A stretch of DNA of 64,000 nt from Eledone cirrhosa. Its lineage: Eukaryota. Both the position numbers and the translations under genes were made by a program. Numbering within the stretch: the first letter of the stretch is position 1; each line of letters begins with the position of its first letter. This document shows positions 11,542 to 24,400 of this stretch, one piece after another. The stretch covers positions 8,246,001-8,310,000 of the forward strand of contig OZ024746.1 in the NCBI GenBank assembly GCA_964016885.1, given 5' to 3'. The notes under the pieces are model-generated. The model had not been told where the DNA came from, did not search any database, and saw only the letters and a list, made by a program, of their open reading frames with translations.

Positions 11542-14500
11542 TTAATCATGCCTTTCTTGGTCTTTCCCTTCTATTTCCATTACTAAGTTTCATTCTTCTT
11601 CAACACATCACCCAACCATTTCATTCCATTTCTCTTCACAACATTCATCAATAATCACTCTATTCACACCACCCTCTGCAATTTAATGTCTGTCCTTCCT
11701 TATTACTGTACCGAACCGAAAATAGGCATTGCATCACCCACTTCCTGGTTGATATTAGGAAATCTCTCTTGTAAAATAGTTTATCTAAAATATGTGAATT
11801 TGCAGAACAGACCTACCCAACTCAATACAAAACATATCAGCAAAGAAATCTATTACAGTCCGTGAATAAATAACTACATAAAAAAACCAGTGTCAGAGAT
11901 GATAAGAAATGGACAAAGATTTATTGTTGAAAACACAAGAAATTTCACTGTTAGTATTTAGTGTGTTGCAATTTAATGTTCACTTTGTCTTGTTTACTGA
12001 GAGTTTCTCATCTTGTCAGCTTATTATTTATTTGAAAGGTTTCGCTGCTTATTTTTCTTTCCTTTTTATTTTTCTTTTGATATTTTTTATATCTTTTAAT
12101 ATATCTTTTTTTTTAACTTAGAAGATATAAATTCTGGATAAGATGGAAATTTTACAATGTTTTTGATTTGTGTGTCTGTTTTTTGTCTTTATATGTATAT
12201 GTGTGTATATGTATATTATGTATGTATATATATATGTATATAATGTATGTATATATGTATATAATGTATGAATGTATGTATACGTATGTATGTATATATA
12301 TGTATGGGTATGTATATGTGTATATATGTATGTGTATGTATATATATATATTTTTTTTCCTTAGAACTGTTTTATCTTGCTAAGGGCTGGAGTGATAAGA
12401 AGCAGCATAGGGTTTTTTTTCCTTGTTTTTAGTGTGTGTATACTATCAGTTAACCCTCTTCCCCACCCCTCTTCTAGTTATTCTTGGATTCAGATAACAT
12501 GACGTTGTTGAGTAGAACACATTGACTTCATATTACTTATAAATTGTTGTGATTCTGCTAGAAATTATAATAGCTAAGATAACATAAAATATAATAAAAT
12601 GGTTACTTATTCCGTTCCATCCTCTGTCTTGTGGCACATACGGCCTAGACAGGAATTCTTGTCTTATTGCTACAGAATTATGTTGTTGTTTAGTCCCAGG
12701 TCAACTTTGAGTAAACCTATCATCTCAAATGCATTCTGGCCCTAACCATCTCAACTTTTTTTTTTTTTTTACAATGAATCTAGAAGTATATTATCCTTCT
12801 TTGGTGGGGTTTGATTTGGTTGCTGTTTCTAGTAGATTGAGCAAACTTTGTAGAAGCTCCTGTTTTATTGGAGTGGGTTGGTCACTTAGTGCCTACTCTA
12901 TTTTCCTTGAAGAAAGATGCATTTTATTTTTATGGCAGAGGCGTCAGTGCTCGTGACTTTTACAGGCCCTTTAACCTTACTCAGTATTTACTGTTGTATT
13001 TTCATGGTAAACACTTTATCTCACATAATATCAAATCCATGAGATTTTGATATTATTTATTTTGAGAATGATACCATAACTCTTTAGCTGCTAAACCGGC
13101 TGTATCCGGCCAGAATTCTCAACTCTTTCTGTTCAAACCAGCCGTAAATGGTCGTTGATACTTATGTTAAGCTATTGTTCTCAAAATAACTATCAAAATC
13201 TCAAAATTTGTCCAATTCTTTCCTGAGACATTCTAACTGCATGCCCATAGTATTGGAACTGTGATCTCTCAATCTAGAGAAGTAGTGACTCTACCCGGAG
13301 TGTCTCTCTGATCTCCAAGCTATGCACTCTACTGTATGAGAAGTAATATTACATCACTTGGTGAGCAAAAAAAGTCTGTATATTTTTCCTAAATAAATTT
13401 TTGGCAACAAAAAGTTTATTTCTTAAATCACATAAAATATTTTTTTTCTAATCTTTGGAGCAAATGTCAAGAGTTTAATTTTAGATAATATTTTATGAAA
13501 GTCAAATTGTTTATTTGGTTATTTTATTTTATTCAATGATTAAACAAAAAAGAAATTACTGATTCATATGTGTGAAATGGTGTTTATACTATAGAACTTC
13601 TAGATTCTTCTTTTAAAAGAATACACTGTTTGTACAGGTTGGAATTTTATCGAGCTAACTGCATTTCTAGCTACAATTCTCTGCTGTCTGCCAGTTCTCA
13701 CTGTTTGGGAATGATGTCAAGGTTATTTACTTGTCTAAGTGCCAGAATTGCTAGATATTAATTATTATCTCAGATAGATGAAAGTTTGCATGTATTTCTA
13801 TTGATATTGTTTGCAGAATATTAGCTTTCTTCTTTTCTTGTTAATTACATTTATTTATTTATTTATTTTTTATCTATTTATTTTATTTATTTATTTTATC
13901 TAAATTTATATATAATTAACTTCAGTTGTCTGAGATGGTTAACTCTTTTCACTCAGTCTTCATATTTGTATAGTAAAAATCAAAAAATCAAATATAAATT
14001 AACAAAAACATAATAAAAACATAGGACAGAAATACTTTTTTTTTTTATCCTATCAACTTAGAATTCTGAGCTGCAACATGAAGGAATTTAGAATGTACTA
14101 AAAACTGAAGACAGTCTTTGAGAAGATTAACGGATGTTATTGTTAGGAATGTGGTACAAGTGAATCAAGTCCCAGTCTTTTGTGATGCAACTGTGCTAAT
14201 GATAGAAAGTATTGTGTGTGTGTAATGTGGTTGTTTTGGTGCTATGACAAAAAAGCGCCCAGTCCACATTGTAAAGTTGTTGTTTTGGTGTCATGATAAA
14301 TGTTACCCAGTCCACACTGTAAATGTGAGGAAGGGCATTTAGCTGTAGAAACCAAACCAGAAACAGTTCTGTATGAACAAGACAGGTCACATGATCTGAC
14401 TTGTCTAACCCATGCTAGTGTGGAAAAATGGACATTAAACAGTGGTCATCGTCATCATTATCATTTTATGTCTGCTTTTCCCTGCTTGCAAGGGTGGGAC

Positions 14501-14990
14501 GGGTCCTATTCAGCACAGCATCTCTCCACTTGTCACGATCCTTCGTCATCTCCTCTGTGAGTTTCAGCGATCCGAGTCCATTCTCACCACCTCCACATGG
14601 TGATGATTATTGTTATGAGACCTGAGTTCATTTTACTGTGAAAGAAAACATTTTTTTTTCCTGATTTGATGAAATATAATGTATTGGCAAAGTAATTTTA
14701 ATTTCTTGGTTTCTTTTTACCAATTGTCGTTATGGTATATTTTTGTTTGACTGCAACTAAACAACTTAACGCTGTCATTACTATATTTCCAATGAAAGAC
14801 ACTACCTATGATTTTCAAATAATTTTGAAAATAATCAAGAATTTGGAGGCATTTAGTAATATTGCTTCAAAGAAGTGTTGTCCAATCCCATCTGATCTCG
14901 CATAGAAAAATAGATGTTAAAAAAAAAACAAGCACATGCAGGCATAAACATGTTTATATTGATTTATACTCATGTACACACACACACAGT

Positions 14991-15254
14991 GAAGGCACAT
15001 GGCTTAGTGGTTAGAGCATTGGGCTTGCAATCAAAAGGTTGTGAGTTCAATTCTCGGACCGGGTGATGTGTGTTTCCTTGAGCAAGACACTTTATTTCAC
15101 GTTGCTCCAGCTTACTCAGCTGTAGAAATGAGATGATAGGACTTGGGTCCCTATCATTAAATCACCCAAGACACCTCCGAGATATACCTTTGAGGAGGCC
15201 AGCTAAACCTGCATAGGTGTGAGCTGTAACAACACACACACACACACACACACA
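14991..15254 (+). mobile_element. tRNA-head CORE-like SINE with (CA)n tail (family B)
   Basis: TGGCTTAGTGG A box, GAGTTCAATTC B box, CCTTGAGCAAGACACTT core, tail ending GTGAGCTGT plus (CA)n. Further copies at 24730, 45410 and 59610. Confidence 0.85.
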
Positions 15255-15824
15255 TATTGTGTGAGAGAAAGTGATGAACAACAGTTATGTGTAAAAGAAA
15301 AATGACATTTCTTTATCTCCCACTACATCTCAACTCTACTTTTCTTTCTCCCACTCTTAGTCTATTAGAACTTACAATCTTTATCTTTTATGAAACCACC
15401 TTTTTTACTACATTATTTTGTGTCCTGTATTTTTTTTTTTTTGCCATACTGGCATGGCTAGTCAAACTTTAGTGTTGTTCACAGAGAGGCATATACATTT
15501 TAAGAAAAATAGCTAACTTTATTATGTTTTATGGATTAGTTACATTTTATAGTGCCACTGGCCCTAGAGTTATTGCCTGTGGTTAAACTAAAGAGTCCTC
15601 TTTTCTGTATCAGTTCAGATTTGTTTGTGACGAGGCTTTTGGAATCCATGTCTTGCTCTGGCATGGTTTCTATAGCTGAATGCCTTTTCTATCAGACCCA
15701 GAGTTGATAAAATAATGTACCGGTGAAGAGTTGGAGGCAATGGAATCAACTTTCCCCCTCTCGCTAAATTAGAAATTATTATTGTTATTGAATAATCTCA
15801 TTGCTGTCTATGTTGTGCTATTAA

Positions 15825-16016
15825 CCTTTTCATGACCACATTTCTAATGAAATACTCTATTTTAATTTATGAAGAATTTTGAGGGATTTACTAAAATTAT
15901 TAATTCATTACTATAATAGTAACTTAATGTAAAGTTCTTATATAAAATTGTTGGTAGATTTGGGTGACTATATTTCCTAGAATCAGTTAGTTTTGGCTGG
16001 GTTGGTAACTAAAGGG
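15825..16016. mobile_element. piggyBac-derived MITE
   Basis: TTAA+CCTTTTC ... GGTAACTAAAGGG; the core is close to the 5577 copy. Confidence 0.7.
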
Positions 16017-16061
16017 TTGAAAGGAAACAATAATTGATTTCATTTGTTTTTCTTTTTCCAG

Positions 16062-16205
16062 ACTCTATCAGTTGGCAATGTGTGACACTATAATTGAGAA
16101 AAACCGTCGGGAAATTCTCAAAGAGGAATCTTTTCTAATTGCTTACGTGGACAGAGATTGCATTCTTAACTCTTTCTTTCCTTTTGATCCTTATTTATTA
16201 ACTCG
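16062..16205 (+). CDS. RRN3: RRN3/TIF-IA exon (after a 9.7-kb intron)
   Basis: tctttttccag| and |gtaagt. LYQLAMCDTIIEKNRR...LNSFFPFDPYLLTR contains the RRN3 FFPFDP motif. Not in the ORF track. Phase 2 to 2. Confidence 0.95.
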
Positions 16206-16620
16206 GTAAGTTTTATCACCTTTAAGGAGTAATCATACGGGATGAGATGTAATTAGGGTTCTCTTAAATGTTATACAACACAGTAAATTGCTGTTGTGGT
16301 GGTGGTGCTGGTGAGAGAAATAGTAGTTATTCAAAAACTGATAATTTATATCGCACATTTATTTGGGGCAACCCTAATATTGTTTATAAGTTTCCAATGG
16401 ACCAATCTTTGGTTCATTGCATTTATAATGAGTGACATGAGTGTCTGCACTATTCTGGCAAAACAAGTTATTTCTTGCTGATATATAAATCTGTGTGTAT
16501 ATATATTATGTATGTATGTGCAAGGTAAACAGGAATAACAAAATGATTGGCACAGTACATGGAAGAATATGTTAGTTCAACACTTGAAATAGTAGGGGGA
16601 GAGTTATAATGTTTGGGACA

Positions 16621-16929
16621 CAGTGGAACCTTGGTTCATGAATTTAATTTGTTTCTGAAGGCTGTTTGTCACCTGAAATGTTTGTAAACTGAAACTATTT
16701 TCCCCATATGAAATGTTGAGAGAGAAATACAGTGAGAGAGAGACTGTGTGTGATAGACGAAAAGATATCACCATAGTAACTAACTACACAGCAAGTGGTG
16801 CTTCCCTACTGATACTTCAAGCTACTTGTCAGCTGTTGTTGCTGGATTGCGTGTTCATTATTTAAGACTGTTTGTGTATTGAGACATTTTATGTTTGGAA
16901 AAAGTGTTTTATTAGTGGCGGTTCCACTG
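16621..16929. mobile_element. Tigger/pogo-type MITE
   Basis: TIR CAGTGGAACC / GGTTCCACTG followed by TA. Confidence 0.6.
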
Positions 16930-16939
16930 TATATAACCA

Positions 16940-17205
16940 TCTGTGTGATTGTGTGAATGTATGTGTGTGTGGTTGTGTGTACGTATGTGCGTGTGGTTGT
17001 GTGTACGTATGTGTGGTGTGTACGTATGTGTGATCGTGTGTACGTATGTGTGTGTGATCGTGTGAATGTATGTGTGTGTGATCGTGTGAATGTATATGTG
17101 GTCGTGTGTACGTATGTCTGGCCGTGTGTACGTATGTGTGTGATCGTGTGTATGTATGTGTGATTGTGTGTACGTATGTGTGTGTGATCGTGTGTATGTA
17201 TGTAG
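16940..17205. repeat. TG-rich minisatellite (GATCGTGTGTACGTATGTGTGT-like, ~20-24 bp)
   Basis: About a dozen imperfect units are visible directly. Confidence 0.9.
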
Positions 17206-17342
17206 TCATAGCAGTTCTAGGAACAATATGAAGTCATAACATATCCTTGTTCTGGATCAAGTCTTTCATCAAAAGAACAAAATAAATGTTAAATCAGCAA
17301 CAAGTAATGTTAGTTTCTCATTGTTTCTTTCTTCCTTGGTAG

Positions 17343-17415
17343 ATCAAGTAATTTTATCCAACCAATATATCGAGAATATGATACACATGTTTCTTACCGA
17401 GCAGCCTCTCTAAAG
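17343..17415 (+). CDS. RRN3: RRN3/TIF-IA penultimate exon
   Basis: Pyrimidine tract ggtag| and aag|gtttgt. (R)SSNFIQPIYREYDTHVSYRAASLK matches RRN3 RSxxFIxPIY. Phase 2 to 0. Confidence 0.9.
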
Positions 17416-17608
17416 GTTTGTACATCTTGTTTTACTGCATCACCCAGTAGATAGGATGTGTTCATGTATAAATATTGTAATAATAAAACTGGCATTTGTA
17501 GTTACTCTATTATATGTTCTAGCCGACAGGCTGAGGCCATGCTGGGGCACCGCCATTGACTAATGAAATGTAGATGCTTCAAAGGAAATGTTTTTTTTTT
17601 AATTTCAG

Positions 17609-17824
17609 AGTAATGTTGATGATGATGATGATGACTTTTTACCACAAGATGTCACTGATGCTGAAGACAAGACAATCCTTTCAATTGATGAGTTTTCTCT
17701 TTTTAATGACTCTAGTAAGGAAATTAGTTCTGCTAGCAGCAGAGCATATGATATTCCTAGAAAAAATTGGAAATCAAAAGGAGAGAAGAATGAAATAGTG
17801 GAAGCGATGATGGCAAGTTTGTAA
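17609..17824 (+). CDS. RRN3: RRN3/TIF-IA terminal coding exon (acidic tail)
   Basis: Poly-T aatttcag| acceptor. SNVDDDDDDFLPQD...VEAMMASL then TAA at 17822-17824. The acidic DDDFL run is typical of the RRN3 C-terminus. Confidence 0.85.
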   Translation, partial: SNVDDDDDDFLPQDVTDAEDKTILSIDEFSLFNDSSKEISSASSRAYDIPRKNWKSKGEKNEIVEAMMASL

Positions 17825-18121
17825 TTGTGTTATTGTTTATTTTGAAATATTTTTTTTACAATTGATCAGAAATCAAATTTTCTAAATAAGCTGTGATAAA
17901 GATTGATGTTTTGTACAAAGTTTTGAAACATGAACATGTCATAATCCTTGAATACCCTGTCCACATTTATGAAAAAATATATTTAATTCAAACAAAACAA
18001 CTACAAAATAACACCTTAGGAAAAGAACTAACGATGAAATGAAGGTGAAAGTTATATATATATATATATAACTTTCATTTTCATTATTCTAGTTAATTCT
18101 TTATAAGTGTATGTATATATA

Positions 18122-18127
18122 AATAAA
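18122..18127 (+). promoter_or_regulatory. candidate RRN3 polyadenylation signal AATAAA
   Basis: Canonical hexamer ~300 nt after the stop with T-rich sequence downstream. The AT-rich context makes a chance match possible. Confidence 0.4.
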
Positions 18128-18612
18128 TATATAAACCAGAGCTGTATTTTTAAAAATTCTTGTTTGATTTGATACTTCTGATTATATAATCATCATTTCT
18201 GTTTAGCATGGGTTAAATGGGTCGTCCATGCCGGGAAGCAAGTCTGGCCATGTTGCACCTTTGTCTGGGGAGCACTATAAATTTGGCCATGTATTTTACA
18301 GCTAGATGCCCTTCCTAACACTAATCGCATTTACAGTGTGGGACTAGTTGGCTCCGAAATGAGGAGGGACAGGCCAGTTGGCACGCCAAACCTGTCTCAC
18401 AACGGCATCAGTTTTGGAGCCTGACCCATCTGAGAGCAGAGCCATAGTTTAGGAGTCCGCTACTGGATGAGGAGGGACAGGTGTGGTGCCACAGTTTGGG
18501 AACCTGGCGTTTGATGTCACCAATATGATTTGCTAACATTTTCAGTATTAATTCATTAGTGATGATCATATTAAGTCAGACAAAGTGACAGTATATGTGT
18601 TGACTGATCTTC

Positions 18613-19500
18613 ACATTATGTGTTACCAACTGTGCTATAGATGTAGAGTTGTGTCTGATAGCTACAGAGTGTATGTGGTGCCTGATATTACATTGTGTTA
18701 CCAACTGTGCTATAGATGTAGAGTTGTGTCTAATAGCTACAGAGTGTATGTGGTGCCTGATATTACATTGTGTTACCAACTGTGCTATAGATGTAGAGTT
18801 GTGTCTGATAGCTACAGAGTGTATGTGGTGCCTGATATTACATTGTGTTACCAACTGTGCTATAGATGTAGAGTTGTGTCTGATAGCTACAGAGTGTATG
18901 TGGTGCCTGATATTACATTGTGTTACCAACTGTGCTATAGATGTAGAGTTGTGTCTAATAGCTACAGAGTGTATGTGGTGCCTGATATTACATTGTGTTA
19001 CCAACTGTGCTATAGATGTAGAGTTGTGTCTGATAGCTACAGAGTGTATGTGGTGCCTGATATTACATTGTGTTACCAACTGTGCTATAGATGTAGAGTT
19101 GTGTCTGATAGCTACAGAGTGTATGTGGTGCCTGATATTACATTGTGTTACCAACTGTGCTATAGATGTAGAGTTGTGTCTAATAGCTACAGAGTGTATG
19201 TGGTGCCTGATATTACATTGTGTTACCAACTGTGCTATAGATGTAGAGTTGTGTCTGATAGCTACAGAGTGTATGTGGTGCCTGATATTACATTGTGTTA
19301 CCAACTGTGCTATAGATGTAGAGTTGTGTCTGATAGCTACAGAGTGTATGTGGTGCCTGATATTACATTGTGTTACCAACTGTGCTATAGATGTAGAGTT
19401 GTGTCTGATAGCTACAGAGTGTATGTGGTGCCTGGTATTACATGTGTTACCAACTGTGCTATAGATGTACAGTTGTGCCTGATAGCTACAGAGTGTATAT
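18613..19500. repeat. 75-bp tandem array, ~12 near-identical copies
   Basis: Unit TGTGTTACCAACTGTGCTATAGATGTAGAGTTGTGTCTGATAGCTACAGAGTGTATGTGGTGCCTGATATTACAT, giving a 25-aa period in the overlapping ORFs. Confidence 0.98.
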
Positions 19501-19689
19501 GTTGACTAGATGGCTGAGTGGAATGGAGTATTCCTATTTATATATACCATTTATATTGTGTGATTTACCAATGGGTAGATCTAATCATTCCGGTTAGCAA
19601 ACCATGATATAAGTTTTATCTCCTGGTGAGTACAGGGACAGAGTTAAATATTTATTTAAAACAACAGAAGGCTGGTCTCTAAATATCCT

Positions 19690-20470
19690 TTTGAAGTTGC
19701 AAAATCACAATATATATTTCTATGGCCTTGTTACATCATCAGATCATGATGTAAGACTTTGGTGACACCATCAGGATTGCAAGGATAAGGTAATCAAGAA
19801 GAGGATTACTGCAATCACAAACAAAGAATAGAGGATAGACTTGATTTGGGGATGGTGTGCCAATTTGGTGTTATTGTTGTGGTGATCCATCTCCAAATGG
19901 TATACACTCAGTAAATGCTAAGCATTGTGGTTTAAGTTCACAGAATTCCAGGAAGCTTCACTCCCTCTTCATTTCTTCAGTAACAACCCTAGCCACCAGG
20001 AACTCCACTGAATTCATTCTGGTGCTGTCCAACATATTCACTGAAGTTGCCTGCCAGGATGACAAGGTCTCTTTCATTAGTAACTGAGGTTGTCTGTAAA
20101 AGTTCTCATAGAACTTTTACTCAGTCTTGCCTGTAGAGCATAGGTAGATGTAATTGTTACCATTCTACTTTCTACAACTATTCTAAGCTTGATAATTCTG
20201 TCACTTACTCTAACTCTATCACCTCATCTATCCTTTTCTCTGCTAATAGAATGCCTACACCACATACCACATCGTCATTTCCTACCCAGTAAAGTTTGTA
20301 TCTCTGGTTTGCTTGTGAGTAGTCTCACTGAGGTATCCCCTCATCCCACCTTTTGTTCACAGCATACATCCACCTCTCTCCTCTATAACAGCTCCACAAT
20401 TTCACCTGATTTACTTTTCAGGGTACCAATATTGAGGATAGCAGTCCTAAGATTTATATTTTGATAGTTG
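19690..20470 (-). mobile_element. degenerate RTE-like LINE, AP-endonuclease N-terminus
   Basis: NLRTAILNIGTLKSKSGEIVELL (APE motif I of RTE-type ORFs) followed by a broken VDVCC-like motif; many stops. Confidence 0.6.
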
Positions 20471-20944
20471 TTAGTTCCTTGAGTAGGAGTTCTATGTACC
20501 AGGAAGGTAAAAACGCTGTGCGATTGCTTTATGACAGTCAAGGTTTTCTTGCACATGACTACTCTAATCACCCCATTACCATGCACGGCACTAACATGAC
20601 TAGTGTTAGCCCTGTACACACAATTCATGTGAACTTTATTTATTGTGCTTTCCCTTATTTTGGTCGGGTTTATATATAAAATCAAGTATCAAATCAGACA
20701 AGAATTAAAAAAATATCTCTCGTTTAATATCTAAATTAATTTATATAAATGCTAGCACACAGAAAAGAATGATTAAATGGTGATGATTTATTTACTTTCA
20801 AAATTTTTAAATTGTTATAAACTATATGAAAACAAAGTGGACATGGTTAAAGTATTAGAGGAGCAAATGATCAACTCTACAGCATTTCTTTAGTTTGAAT
20901 CTCTCCTCTGAACTCTAGCTTTTATCTTTTAATGTAATGTATTG

Positions 20945-20989
<45 letters not shown>

Positions 20990-21077
20990 CGGGTAACATT
21001 CCCGAGATATATGTATATGTGTGTGTGTGTGTGTGTGTATATATGTATGTGTGTGTATATATATATATATGTGTGTG

Positions 21078-21124
<47 letters not shown>

Positions 21125-21135
21125 GTGTATATATA

Positions 21136-22441
21136 CGAGGGCAATCTCAAAAGTAAGGTCTCCTTTTTTTTTAGAAATACAAACAACCGTTTATTTTCTA
21201 TAATATTTACATTTTAAAGGTTGAACAATTATTTATTTTTCTACATAATCGCCATTTCGGTCGATGCATTTTTGTAGACGCTGTGGCAGTTTTTGTATGC
21301 CCGTGTCATACCAGCTCGCTGCCATGTCCTCCAGGAAGCGTTGAACCTCATCTTTTACCTCTTCATCGGAGCAGAATCGCATTCCGGCCAAATGTTCTTT
21401 CAACTTAGGGAACAGGTGGTAGTCACTGGGTGCCAAGTCCCGACTATAGGGTGGGTGGGTGGGTGATGATGTTCCAACCAAAGTTTTGCAGGAGAGCGAC
21501 GGTTTGACGGGCAATGTGTCGGCGAGCGTTGTCGTGGAGAATGCTTACGCCCTTGCTCAACATTCCTCTTCTCCAGTTCTGAATTGCCCTTCTGAGTTTT
21601 TTCAGTGTTTCACAGTACCTGTAAGCGTTTATTGTGGTCCCAGCAGGCATAAAGTCGACCAACAAAACTCCCTTCTTGTCCCAAAACACAGTCGCCATGA
21701 CTTTACCGGCGGACTGTGTTTGTTAGAATTTTTACGGCTTGGGCGAAGAGGGATGCCGCCACTCGCATGATTGTTGTTTGGTCTCAGGTGTAAAGTGGAA
21801 CACCCTTGTTTCGTCACCCGTGACAATCAGCTCCAAGAAGTTGTCCTTTTTGTTTGCATAGCGGTGAAAAAATTCCCGGGAAGAATCAACTTGTTGCCGT
21901 TTGTGGTCTTCTGTCAGCATTCGTGGGACCGCACCCATCTTGCGCACACCTTCCGATATTGCAAGTTTTCCGTTAAAATCCTGTGGATGGTGCTTTGGGA
22001 AACCTTAGGAACCAAAATGCAGAGAGCATTCAGAGTGGTCCGCCGATCTTTACGCATGTTTTCCTCAACCTTTGCGACTGTCTCGTCGGAAATTGACGGT
22101 CTCCCACTCCTTTGTTCGTCGTGAATTTCAGTATGACCGGCTGTAAACTCTCTATACCACTTGCGAACGTTTTTGACATCCATGCACGACTGTCCATACA
22201 CTTCCGTCAATTGGCGATGAATTTCAATCGGTTCAATGCCTTTTGCGTTCAAAAACCGAATAACTGCACAAACTTCACACTTGGCGGTAGCGTTCAATGG
22301 GAGTTCCATTCTCAGCGAAGCGCGCGCATGGTTGTTTGGGAGTGAAAGAAGCACCAATCACAACAGTGTTGCCAACAGCCGTACGAACAGTTTCTCTGCG
22401 TCACCATCGCTTTGGAGACCTTACTTTTGGGATTACCCTCG
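21136..22441 (-). mobile_element. full-length mariner (DD34D) element, inactivated
   Basis: 28-bp TIRs CGAGGG(C/T)AATC(T/C)CAAAAGTAAGGTCTCC with 2 mismatches, TA on both sides, 1.3 kb long. Confidence 0.97.
21233..22309 (-). pseudogene. mariner transposase, frameshifted into four ORF pieces
   Basis: HTH region EIHRQLTEVYG...VRKW, WVPR-like motif, IVTGDET, LHDNA and YSRDLAPSDYHLF. The second and third D are 34 residues apart after repairing an ACCC duplication. Confidence 0.95.
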
Positions 22442-22455
22442 TATGTGTATATGTA

Positions 22456-23820
22456 CAGGGTGCGGCAAAATGATCTGACACATTTGTACATTTAATAAAA
22501 AGCGAAATAGAATAAAGAATGAACGTATTCTTATTTTCTAAATGGACATATAATTGTTTCTATTTTAGGCACAAGGCCAGCAATTACCCAGTACATTACT
22601 GGTACTTTATTTTATCGACCCCGTAAATAGACATATAATGCCATTTTGTTTTATTTTGTTTTAAATATTACATCAACCAAATGGTTGCCGTTATTGTCCA
22701 CACACTGTCGAAGGTGTTCGTGAAAGTTGCCCATAACTCAACGGGTCATTTCATGTGGAATGGCAGTAATTTCTTGATGAAGAGCATCTTTTAATTGTTC
22801 AATAGATCGAGGGCGACAAGTGTATACTTTTGATTTCAAATATCCCCACAGAAAAAAATCGCATGGGTTCAAATCAGGTGATCGGGCGAGCCAACCGATA
22901 TCACCGCACAATGAGATCAAATGACGGGGGAACATCTCCCTCAAAATCCCCATTGAATGTCTAGAAGTGGAGGCTGTTGCCCCATATTGTTGAAACCAAA
23001 CATTGTCCCTATCGTCGAGTTCATTCAATTTGGGTCTCAGAAAAGTCTCTCGCAATACCCAATATCGATCAGTTAAGTCACTGTAACATTGTCTTCGAAA
23101 AAGTACGGTCCAAAATGCCAAATTCTGCTACTGCACACGGTTACACGAGGACTATGCAAAGGGCGTTCATGAGGGTTGTTTTCGGACCAATATCTGCAGT
23201 TTTGCTTATTCACGCTTCCACACAGGCAGAAATGGGCCTCGTCATTGAAAAGCACAACAGCGGCACAGGGGACGTGTTGTTGAATTTCCAAACACAATTT
23301 TTTGCGATTCTCATGGTCTCTTTTGCTGAGTTCCTGTACTAACAACATTTTGTATGGATGCATTTGCATACGTGTGAAGAATTCTTCTCAAACTTCTATC
23401 GGAAAGCCTAAGAGCGGCAGCGTGTTTCCGTGCTGAACGTTGTAAAGACTTGAATTGAATCTCTTACCGCAGCCATATTTGCCAAACTTCTGGCGCTTTG
23501 CGGCCAACCGGATGATTTTTGTTTCAATGCTGATCCAGTAGCTCTGAAGTTGGTAACCCACAAAATCGTGTTTCGAGTAGTTACAGGAGCATGTCTACCA
23601 AGCCTCAAGTGCACACGGAACTCTCTTTGTTGTTCTTGATAAACGTTTCCACAATGAAAGTGCGATGCTCGCCTGTCCAATCTATATGGGTAACCTGAAA
23701 CAAAATAAAACAAAATGGCATTATACGTATATTTAGAAAATAAAAATACTTTGTTCATTCTTTATTCTATTTTGCTTTTATTAAACGTACAAATGTGTCA
23801 GATCATTTTGCCACGCCCTG
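22456..23820 (-). mobile_element. Tc1/mariner DD41D (rosa/VS-type) element with long TIRs, inactivated
   Basis: TA flanks and ~125-bp imperfect TIRs starting CAGGG(T/C)G(C/T)GGCAAAATGATCTGACACATTTGTAC. Transposase pieces FNDEAHF, NKQNCRYW, WFQQ(Y)GA-x-SPDLNPCDFFLWGYLK with 41-residue spacing (second D mutated to Y). Confidence 0.93.
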
Positions 23821-23828
23821 TATATCTA

Positions 23829-23881
<53 letters not shown>

Positions 23882-23988
23882 GTATATATATATATATGTA
23901 TATATGTATGTATATATATATATATGTATATATGTATGTATATATATATATATGTATATATGTATGTATATGTATATATATGTATATA

Positions 23989-24061
<73 letters not shown>

Positions 24062-24130
24062 GTATATGTATATATGTATATATATGTATATGTATATATA
24101 TGTATATGTATATGTATATATATATATATG

Positions 24131-24181
<51 letters not shown>

Positions 24182-24182
24182 G

Positions 24183-24217
<35 letters not shown>

Positions 24218-24400
24218 GTATATATGTATATATATATGTATATATATATGTATATATATATATATGTATATATATATGTATATATATATGTATATATATA
24301 TGTATATATGTATATATATATATATGTGTGTGTGTGTATATGTGTGTGTGTATGTATGTATGTGTATATATATGTGTATACACACACACACACACTCATA
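23821..24400. repeat. compound (CT)n/(TA)n/(TATG)n microsatellite
   Basis: Direct inspection. The same tract continues left of the two transposons at 20945-21135. Confidence 0.98.

Noticed and set aside
17574-17798. ORF-track 74-aa poly-Met ORF
   Set aside because: Wrong frame of the RRN3 terminal exon, where the GAT repeat encodes Asp.
18559-18607. C/D snoRNA (GTGATGA...CTGA)
   Set aside because: Too short, no terminal stem, and outside the RRN3 introns.
18576-19505. Cys/His-rich 267-306 aa ORFs, or a CRISPR-like array
   Set aside because: These are by-products of a 75-bp (25-codon) tandem unit; there are no unique spacers, no cas genes, and the context is eukaryotic.
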